Source: Armatimonadota bacterium
GTDB taxonomy: Bacteria > Armatimonadota > HRBIN16
NCBI GenBank assembly: GCA_963677485.1
Contig: OY781964.1
Coordinates: 1,728,001-1,792,000 of the forward strand
DNA: 64,000 nt
Direction of reading: 5' to 3'
In this document: positions 48,994 to 56,433 of the stretch, in pieces
Layout: every line of letters starts with the position of its first letter
How positions within the stretch are numbered: position 1 is the first letter of the stretch
Translations under genes and position numbers: made by a program
The notes under the pieces: model-generated
The model's database searches: none
The model's input: only the letters and a program-made list of their open reading frames with translations
What the model was told of the DNA's origin: nothing

Positions 48994-49311
48994 TCAGGCG
49001 TTTTTGTCATTCCATACATATGGCAGTAACTCACCTGCCTGTGAGTATCCATCCAGTGCCTTTTGCGCGAGTTCACGGCTGGTGAACGAACGCGGCTCGC
49101 TAAACAGTTGAATGGCTAGCAGATGCTCATTGATCTTCGTGTCGTATAGCCAAACGCCCCAACGTTCGCTCTGGTCTCCACGCAGTATCGGATAGCGGTC
49201 CACTACAATGGCCAGGTCGCTACCCGCTCTGACGATATACCCACCTTCCGGGTGCCACGATAAATACTTGAGATCATCATCGGCAGAGGGGATAGGTTCT
49301 TGCTCGATCAT
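48994..49311 (-). CDS. Phage hypothetical protein
   Basis: 105-aa ORF, ATGA-coupled to the upstream gene. Confidence 0.65.
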   Translation of the reverse strand: MIEQEPIPSADDDLKYLSWHPEGGYIVRAGSDLAIVVDRYPILRGDQSERWGVWLYDTKINEHLLAIQLFSEPRSFTSRELAQKALDGYSQAGELLPYVWNDKNA

Positions 49312-49484
49312 ATTCCTGCCACCTGACGCTTACGCCAATTGGCCACCTCCTCAAGGACCTGCAAAGCCATCTCCTCGGCAGGAAGCATATCCAACAGCAT
49401 GTCCTTCTCAGGAACTCGGTCACGCATCACGCGGACGCGCAGCATGTCACCCTGCGGCTTTACGTTGATCTTCTGCTTGCTCAT
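49308..49484 (-). CDS. Phage hypothetical protein
   Basis: Start set at MSKQK, ATGA-coupled to the upstream 53-aa ORF. Confidence 0.6.
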   Translation of the reverse strand: MSKQKINVKPQGDMLRVRVMRDRVPEKDMLLDMLPAEEMALQVLEEVANWRKRQVAGI

Positions 49485-49642
49485 CGTGTGGCCACTATCT
49501 GGGCGGTCGCGGTCATCTGCCCACACAGATATGCGATGTTCCATATGATCACTGGAACCATAATGATGATGCCGGTCACCATCCAGTCAAGTATGTGTTC
49601 TAGCAGCGGCCTGCCTGGGTGCTGCTTCAGTCTCGGGCGCAT
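49481..49642 (-). CDS. 53-aa single-TM phage protein (below the ORF-track cut-off)
   Basis: AAGGAGG RBS; MRPRLKQHPGRPLLEHILDWMVTGIIIMVPVIIWNIAYLCGQMTATAQIVATR. Confidence 0.6.
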   Translation of the reverse strand: MRPRLKQHPGRPLLEHILDWMVTGIIIMVPVIIWNIAYLCGQMTATAQIVATR

Positions 49643-49859
49643 TTCGTCTCCTCCTTGAATAGATTGTTGATGACGCGGTGTATGACAATGACATGCATGG
49701 CCAGCCGTAAAATCATCGGCATCTGGACCCGGTACACCTAATCGTTGATGACCAAGCCGAATGTACCATCGTCAGATGGTCCGCCAGACAGCGTGTGAAC
49801 ATCAATCACGTCATCCGGATGAACTTCCATCACGCTGCCGTCTTTGGTCTCTGTGTCAC

Positions 49860-50099
49860 TCATCGGTGGGCCTCCTCGTATATTGACATCACCTGCGGGC
49901 TCATCATAATGACATCGGTGGCGGATTTGTAGACATGGACGCATTGCTGGTTATTACCTATGGCGGGTTGGCCATCCACTGGCTTGATCTGCACCAATGT
50001 ATTCGTGGCTTGCAGGTATGCAATACACACCTCGACTGTTGGGAATGCTGTACGGGTAGCCCGGTGTTTCGAGTAGTCGTATGCGCCTATGATTTTCAT
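49860..50099 (-). CDS. Phage hypothetical protein
   Basis: AGGAGG RBS and ATGA overlap with the cro stop codon (MKIIGAY...). Confidence 0.6.
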   Translation of the reverse strand: MKIIGAYDYSKHRATRTAFPTVEVCIAYLQATNTLVQIKPVDGQPAIGNNQQCVHVYKSATDVIMMSPQVMSIYEEAHR

Positions 50100-50317
50100 T
50101 GTGTTGCCTCCTGTGTTTGTGCTGGCCATATTTCGGCCTCGGTTACACCTAGTGCCGCTGCGATTCGCTGGCGTATGACAGGCCCCGGAACATAACCATA
50201 ATTTTCGATCTGTTGCAGTGTCAACATGTTTGTGTCGGCTGCTGCGGCAAGTCCCATGCGGGTCAGATTTTGGCTAGTCCTGATGCTCCTCAGGTTGGTG
50301 TGATATCTGGGTTTCAT
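50096..50317 (-). CDS. Cro-like XRE helix-turn-helix regulator
   Basis: NLRSIRTSQNLTRMGLAAAA...LQQIEN...P...RQRIAAALGV..EIW; AGGAGGT RBS before MKPRY; divergent from cI. Confidence 0.85.
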   Translation of the reverse strand: MKPRYHTNLRSIRTSQNLTRMGLAAAADTNMLTLQQIENYGYVPGPVIRQRIAAALGVTEAEIWPAQTQEATQ

Positions 50318-50415
50318 GCGACCTCCTATCAATATTGATGATACTTCATAGAATATACCATTGTTTCGTATATTTATACAACTATTATTACTAAATATCA
50401 TGCAAAAATAATAGT
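50318..50415. promoter_or_regulatory. Divergent cro/cI promoter-operator region
   Basis: 98-bp AT-rich spacer; 9-bp inverted repeat actattatt (50381-50389) / aataatagt (50407-50415); no SD before cI, so possibly leaderless. Confidence 0.6.
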
Positions 50416-51072
50416 ATGGAATCAAAACTACCAGACAGAATCTATAAGGCGGTGGCACACCGCGGGTTTCGGTCGCTCAGAGCAGCATCGAAAGCGTCAG
50501 GCGTCTCATACTCAACAATTAGCAGTTGGGTTCAGGGCGTAAGTAATCCATCGTCAGAGTTATTAGCACAGTTTTCCAAATCAATAGGAGTAGATATGGC
50601 GTATTTCACCGGGGATTTGACCCTGGACCAAGCATGTGAAGCGTTCGAGAACCGAAACCAGGTGTATGCGGTGGGTATACAACCTATGGTTAAGCTGCCA
50701 TACTGGAATGTACCAGCCGACCCATATAACGGCCGCACAGCCGATGTAGATGAGCCGGATGGTTATATCAGCTTCCCAGCAGATACCGGTGCTGACTTTG
50801 CGATCTGTGTTACTGGCATCTGTATGGAACCATCTATGCGTACCGGAGATTATGTGGGAATTCGGCGAACACCGGTCTGCAGCACCGGCGAAGTGGCGTT
50901 AATTGAAGTGCTTGAGACAGGCGATCGGATGATCAAGCGGTCGGTGATGCGGAAGGGGCGGCGGTTTTTTGCACCCGACAACGAGGACGCCGGGGAATAC
51001 GCCATCCCCGCAGAGGGATGCCGCGTGATCGGCGTGGGCGTTGCGCTTACGCGCGGTAAGGGCGGGTTGTAG
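50416..51072 (+). CDS. CI-like repressor (XRE HTH plus S24 peptidase-like domain)
   Basis: N-terminal HTH SLRAASKASGVSYSTISSW...P; C-terminal FAICVTGICMEP...GD.V and IKR. Confidence 0.9.
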   Translation: MESKLPDRIYKAVAHRGFRSLRAASKASGVSYSTISSWVQGVSNPSSELLAQFSKSIGVDMAYFTGDLTLDQACEAFENRNQVYAVGIQPMVKLPYWNVPADPYNGRTADVDEPDGYISFPADTGADFAICVTGICMEPSMRTGDYVGIRRTPVCSTGEVALIEVLETGDRMIKRSVMRKGRRFFAPDNEDAGEYAIPAEGCRVIGVGVALTRGKGGL

Positions 51073-51078
51073 ATGTAA

Positions 51079-51603
51079 ATGAATAGTATTGTGGAGCATA
51101 TTATTGGATTTCTCAAGGAGCTTCCTGAACGGGCGATCTATATAGTGGTTGCGTTATTAGTGATCTATGCCTTCGCATATCATTCGCCTGATGACAAGGC
51201 ATCCATCATAATACTTGAGTATAGCAGCTGGATTAAGTACGGATGCTTGTTTCTATTCACTGTTTTCTCTTTGCCAGGTATAGTAAATTATGTATACAAA
51301 CGATGCATCATATATACCCTGAGTTGGGTCAGGGAGAGACGAAACGAGCGCAAGAACAGTCATATTAGAAGATTCGTTGCGGACCTTCCCATCGATCAAC
51401 GTTCGTTTCTAGCCAAGTTTGCGTTTGGAGCCAAATTAGTGATTTCCGTTGAGCACCGTATGATATCAACGCTTCACGAAAAATCGTTAATTAGGGTAGT
51501 AAACCCAAGTGACATTACCGATATATCTGTAGTATTTGAAGCAACAGACATAAGATATGCTAACTACGCTCGATATATGGTCACAAATCAAACAACCAAA
51601 TAA
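51079..51603 (+). CDS. Membrane protein resembling superinfection exclusion protein B (SieB family)
   Basis: Two N-terminal TM helices, a basic linker, then L...QRSFL..F helical domain; 6 bp downstream of cI. Confidence 0.6.
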   Translation: MNSIVEHIIGFLKELPERAIYIVVALLVIYAFAYHSPDDKASIIILEYSSWIKYGCLFLFTVFSLPGIVNYVYKRCIIYTLSWVRERRNERKNSHIRRFVADLPIDQRSFLAKFAFGAKLVISVEHRMISTLHEKSLIRVVNPSDITDISVVFEATDIRYANYARYMVTNQTTK

Positions 51604-51616
51604 TCACGATGCAAAG

Positions 51617-51685
51617 AGGAAGGGCCGCCGCTACTTCGTGCCCGACAACGAGGACGCCGGGGAATACGCCATACCCACCGAGGGC
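51617..51685 (+). pseudogene. Relic 3' fragment of a second cI allele
   Basis: Translates RKGRRYFVPDNEDAGEYAIPTEG vs RKGRRFFAPDNEDAGEYAIPAEG in cI; a 32-bp core is identical to 50974-51005. Confidence 0.85.
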
Positions 51686-51810
51686 TTCGGTGTTAACTAC
51701 ATATTAGGTTGTTAAGTCCAGAATAAGTTGGGCAGACAAGAGTAGTTATAACAGTAGAGCTGAAGCAGCCACTGTATGACAAAATGTTGGAGTTAATGAG
51801 GATAATCAGA

Positions 51811-53220
51811 CTAAGACAAAGGATTGTAGTGTTGTAGAACACGCCTTATGCTAGGCGATAGTTCACAATCCGAAATGCCATGAAAAGTATTGTTACTTAT
51901 CAAGTGATCGACCATCTGCTTTTCATTGGTAGTTAAATCTGAATAGTTTTGCCACCACAGGTCAATCCTACCTTCTAACCTACATCGCTTTCTGTTGATG
52001 ATGTAGTATTCTGGCATCATTAGTATCTTGTTGAATTCCTTGATGTCTTGACCGAAAGCTTCTTCAAAGTAGCTCAACCTTGTCCCTACAACACCCTTAG
52101 TGCGTAACAACACACATTGGATCGCCCGAAGAGATTTACGATCCCAGTATTTACCAATGTTACCAGGTGTAGTGACTAGACGGTTTTTACTCATCAGGTT
52201 GATGTAGCGCATGGGAAATGAATATATCTGAAGCCCTAATTCTTCGTTGAGTTCAACATTCATGCGCATACGTTCATATAAATGTTCGGGTTGGTCGTCG
52301 TAGTTGAACAATAGGTAGTTGGAAAGATATACAAAACCGTGCTTAGCAGCTAACCTTATTTTCTCTTCATATAGTTTTCGATATGATATGTTGTCAAATG
52401 CAAGGCGTAATGGCTTCAAGGCGATTTCGCTAAGATAGCCCATTGAGATGTCTGTCAGTAATCGAATATCGATCCCTTGGTTGAAGTCTACATGCCTTTG
52501 GGCATGAATGACTCGGTCGCCTTTTGATCTGTAACGGAATACCGCATTTTTCGGAAATCCTAAGGACTTGATGTCACTGATGATCTCGAATAATCTATCT
52601 GAGGCAAGAACGTTGTTATCAAGTAATAACAGGTCCTTCTTGGGGCCATATAGTTCGGTTACTCGTTCAACTTGGTCTTTCAACGATAGATAATCCTTGT
52701 ATAATGGCTCTATCTGAGGCACGGCACAAAACGAACAACGCCGTATGCACCCTCGTGTCGCATACGCTATATATGCATTAGATGCTGGATAACAATACGC
52801 AATGTCATTCAATATACCGTAATCAGGCAGCATAGTTTCTACGATGTCATCGTCATCATATCCAAGCTTACCCTTTGTATCAAGTAGCCCTGACACTACG
52901 CGACATTTCACAGTCTGACGAATATCATCTGGCATCAGCGTAGCCAGCACACCACCAACAACAAGATTGTCGGCAATCGGTTCCTTAACACTTTCACCGT
53001 AATATCGTAATGCCTTGATTGTATGGGCCCAATCATATGTGAACAGACTGGCGATATATATGCGATCCCATCTCCATCGATCGCGATGACTGCTTGAGAG
53101 GCCTTTAACGAACTCCACATAATCGCCTTTTTCCTTGTGATACTGGGCGATTTTCATAAGACCTAGGGGCGGGAACTTGCTTCGATAACTTGGTTCAACC
53201 AGTAAAATAAAGCGGTTCAC
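51811..53220 (-). CDS. Radical SAM protein with B12-binding-like N-terminal domain
   Basis: TRGCIRRCSFC (CxxxCxxC); N-terminal ILLVEP...PPLGLMKIA, SLFTY, VVGGVLATL; LLDNN, DFNQGID, RLAFD. Confidence 0.88.
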   Translation of the reverse strand: MNRFILLVEPSYRSKFPPLGLMKIAQYHKEKGDYVEFVKGLSSSHRDRWRWDRIYIASLFTYDWAHTIKALRYYGESVKEPIADNLVVGGVLATLMPDDIRQTVKCRVVSGLLDTKGKLGYDDDDIVETMLPDYGILNDIAYCYPASNAYIAYATRGCIRRCSFCAVPQIEPLYKDYLSLKDQVERVTELYGPKKDLLLLDNNVLASDRLFEIISDIKSLGFPKNAVFRYRSKGDRVIHAQRHVDFNQGIDIRLLTDISMGYLSEIALKPLRLAFDNISYRKLYEEKIRLAAKHGFVYLSNYLLFNYDDQPEHLYERMRMNVELNEELGLQIYSFPMRYINLMSKNRLVTTPGNIGKYWDRKSLRAIQCVLLRTKGVVGTRLSYFEEAFGQDIKEFNKILMMPEYYIINRKRCRLEGRIDLWWQNYSDLTTNEKQMVDHLISNNTFHGISDCELSPSIRRVLQHYNPLS

Positions 53221-53242
53221 ATTCTTGACTCATTGTTCTTAT

Positions 53243-54262
53243 TTAACATAACGCACCGATTGTAGTTGGAAAGTGATTATCACATCGATCCCATTCACTG
53301 ATTTCTACGAATTTGTTAATGTAATAAGTGATGGTATCGCTTATTGAGAGGGTATCAAAATCTTCGTTAGGAAGTATACTAGAAATACTCACTAGTTGGT
53401 TGTTCTGTAGTTCAAACCGACTTGTACTCAAGAAATCAGTCAATGATTGGCAACTTGGCGGCAGAGGTTTGTCGATACCTGCGAATGAGCCTAGCATGGT
53501 ATATACTGCCATCTGACTCCGTGGTCCGCTAGTATACATGACAGTTGGAAGAAATAATGCAGTGATATTATTGCCGTCAAAGTATCGACTAAAAGTATGG
53601 TAAACAAACAAATCAAGCATTGGATGAGAGGCTTGAGTTTTATCTGAATAACATATCGGGTGGTCAGATTCAATGTATGATGCTACACTACGGCATTCAC
53701 CTGACAGATTTTTCATGAAGTTTGCCAGCGCATTTGTATGGATTTCATTGCGCACGGTCAGGAACGTTACAAATGGTTGACTGCGCTGTTCAACCGGTAA
53801 ATCAGTTTGACATTTAATTAAACATCTGATGGCTTCATACCGATGATTCTCGCTATTTTGATCATGGCCAGATATTGCTTGGCAAAAGTCAAGCTGGTAT
53901 AGCGTTACAAGATCATTCTGAACAAAGATCTTTCCGTTAAGATCTTGCTTATTGATCATGACTTCTTCGATCAAGCCAAAGTAGGTGTCGGATCGTATTT
54001 GATGTTTTAATCTTAGTTCCATAAGGTTCGCTTCTAGCATGTCGAGTGACCGTGTGTAATATTCGTCTTTATCTGGCTTTTCGAACGCACATACCCTTCC
54101 GATCATGTCAGTCCATTCGTGGATATCTTCAATATAAGGCCCGGGTAGACCAAGATAGAAATATTTACTTTTAATATGACATAACAATGTCTTAAGGATA
54201 GGTGTGCACCATTCGCTCCGGATGGTGTTCTTGCTTACACTACTCTTAAACGGTACCGTCAC
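53243..54262 (-). CDS. Hypothetical protein with a class I SAM-methyltransferase-like strand pattern
   Basis: FYLGLPG (motif I-like), VCAFE (acidic end of beta2), LYQLDFC (motif IV-like); GTG start overlaps the ATPase TGA. Confidence 0.6.
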   Translation of the reverse strand: MTVPFKSSVSKNTIRSEWCTPILKTLLCHIKSKYFYLGLPGPYIEDIHEWTDMIGRVCAFEKPDKDEYYTRSLDMLEANLMELRLKHQIRSDTYFGLIEEVMINKQDLNGKIFVQNDLVTLYQLDFCQAISGHDQNSENHRYEAIRCLIKCQTDLPVEQRSQPFVTFLTVRNEIHTNALANFMKNLSGECRSVASYIESDHPICYSDKTQASHPMLDLFVYHTFSRYFDGNNITALFLPTVMYTSGPRSQMAVYTMLGSFAGIDKPLPPSCQSLTDFLSTSRFELQNNQLVSISSILPNEDFDTLSISDTITYYINKFVEISEWDRCDNHFPTTIGALC

Positions 54263-55869
54263 AGTTTATCCTCCATTGATGACAATAGACTTACTAACAC
54301 AGATTCATAAATGTCATGATCGACGTATGCCCTTATGATCTGATCGTCAATTTCTTTTATAAATGTGGCCATCGAAGGATTCGGCGATAAACCTAATTGG
54401 TCAACTACATCGAGTAAACTAGCAGGTGGTGCATCTCCATGTACCGACATACTGTTAGTTTGCAGCTGTTGCTGATTACGTATTTCTCTCAGAGTTGCAG
54501 ATACTTTACTATGACGTTTCGCTTTGTTGGTTCTGATCAACTCTGATATTTTGGATTCGATTGCCTTACAACGATCTTCAAAATCCGACAACTCCGTTAC
54601 CATGAGAGTTCTGAGTGTTTTTTTGTGCGACTGTACCCTCATCATTAACATAGTTAGTTCAAAGCTTGAACGTAGGAGCTTTTCCGAGTCTCCCTGAGAT
54701 CCCAGATATTGCTTCTCGATTTCATTGCAGGCATCTATAGCAGTTATCAGGACATCCTTAGCTTTACGTTCGTTTTGTAACTTATCAACTGCCTCTGAAA
54801 TATCTTTTGCTAGTTTGATCAAGAGTTGGTGGAATTTATCTCTGATCTGACTGGCTTCAAATTCATCACGAGCAGCATTTGGAAGTAACTCATCCAAGCT
54901 AACAATGACTTCGCCAGTAATTCTATCGAGAATTACCTTACGAGCAAAATACTGATAGGCATATGTTCTGCTGCCTATAGAAAAACCTTGCTTTTTGATT
55001 AATAACCCCCTAAGACTCTTGTTGATGAGCACATTGTTCGTGTCATTTGCGCAATACCAGCATATACCATAATGCCTGCTGGTATCTTTTACCTCAAGAA
55101 ATGCTGGTTTTTCACCTTCATTGTTGTTAAATATATCATTTGTATAGGGTCTGTAAACCATACGTGACGATCCATGTGACTCTATTGTAAAATTGATATT
55201 CTTTAAATTATACGAACTAAGTTTCGATTCTATTTCATCTTTCCATCGAAAATCCGGATTGAAAGGCAATGGTATAGATGACTGTATATACTCTTCAAGC
55301 CTCCTATCATCCTTAAGCCGGTCTCCCATGTCTGTCGACAATGATTTCATTACCACCATGGTCCCATGCATACTCATGAAATCCTCATTATCGTCTCCAA
55401 CCGTAATGGCCCTAGACATTACGGTTTCCAACCCTAGATCCCTTGGTTTTCCTTTCAGCATTTCTTTTTGTTCTTGAGCAATAAGGTCACGTATGAGTTT
55501 GAAGTCCATATCAACAACACTGCATCGATCGTCCATATCCCTGGTGTGTATGACTAGTCGATCGCATAGATGCAACGCACTGTATATTCCGATTCCACGA
55601 AAGCCTACTTGGGTTGTTGGGTTCTTACTGGACATTCCAAGCCGTATAGCTTGAGATGCCACATCTGGGCTCATTCCTGTCCCATTATCTATGACTACAA
55701 CAGAGTTTGACGTGATGATCACCTGTAGCTCAGTTGCACCTGCATCTATACCGTTTTGCGCATATTCACGAATTGCGTCGAACGGGTCGCGATATAGACC
55801 TAAAGTTAAAATAGGAAGTAACTCGGCCCCGATGTCAGTACTTTCGAATTTCCTCATGGCATTCCTCAC
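54259..55869 (-). CDS. GHKL (MORC/Hsp90-like) ATPase with C-terminal coiled coil
   Basis: REYAQNGIDA (N box), DNGTGM (G1), GFRGIG (G2), GT (G3); second domain GEV...LLPNAARDEFE. Confidence 0.88.
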   Translation of the reverse strand: MRNAMRKFESTDIGAELLPILTLGLYRDPFDAIREYAQNGIDAGATELQVIITSNSVVVIDNGTGMSPDVASQAIRLGMSSKNPTTQVGFRGIGIYSALHLCDRLVIHTRDMDDRCSVVDMDFKLIRDLIAQEQKEMLKGKPRDLGLETVMSRAITVGDDNEDFMSMHGTMVVMKSLSTDMGDRLKDDRRLEEYIQSSIPLPFNPDFRWKDEIESKLSSYNLKNINFTIESHGSSRMVYRPYTNDIFNNNEGEKPAFLEVKDTSRHYGICWYCANDTNNVLINKSLRGLLIKKQGFSIGSRTYAYQYFARKVILDRITGEVIVSLDELLPNAARDEFEASQIRDKFHQLLIKLAKDISEAVDKLQNERKAKDVLITAIDACNEIEKQYLGSQGDSEKLLRSSFELTMLMMRVQSHKKTLRTLMVTELSDFEDRCKAIESKISELIRTNKAKRHSKVSATLREIRNQQQLQTNSMSVHGDAPPASLLDVVDQLGLSPNPSMATFIKEIDDQIIRAYVDHDIYESVLVSLLSSMEDKL

Positions 55870-56433
55870 TCATAGCATATGGTGCGATGCGGTATTGACG
55901 GTATCCAACTGTATGATACACTGGGCTAATACAGATATAGATTATAAACCAGCATACGTCATATTATCACCACATGCATATCTACGGTACAATTAGCGAG
56001 TATCCGTCTGAATGTTGTTGACTTCGAGTATGCGATTAACACATCGGATGATGATAACAATATGTCTGACACGAACTGCGTGTACTTCGGAGGAGCCCAT
56101 AAAACCAAACATACTGATAGGCTCAAGAATCAACATCAAATTTGTCCAAATGACTATATACCCACCAAATATCGAGAGATCACAGCATACCAAACATCGA
56201 CATGTCAATATACCAACTACAGGCGAGTTCGGATTCTAGCCAATTTGTTACATTAGTCGAGTATCATGATCCTTCGATCAGTAAAACATAGAGAAGTGTC
56301 ATTATATTGCGATAATATGGTTTGGTATGGAATTACTGTTCTTACCGGCATTAATAATACATACTCACATGATACATCCACAACTCTACTAGATTGTGTA
56401 ACAAATACCCAAAAGAGTTCATTCCCACCTCCC

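Noticed and set aside
50096-50458. 120-aa version of the Cro ORF
   Set aside because: It overlaps cI and the promoter spacer; the AGGAGGT RBS supports the 50317 start
51811-53220. Radical SAM protein as the activase for the glycyl radical enzyme at 22275, or as a viperin
   Set aside because: It has a B12-binding-like N-terminus and TRGC..RC.FC context rather than the GRE-activase GCPLRC.WC.NPE or viperin CNY.C.FC motifs, and it lies 27 kb away in a prophage
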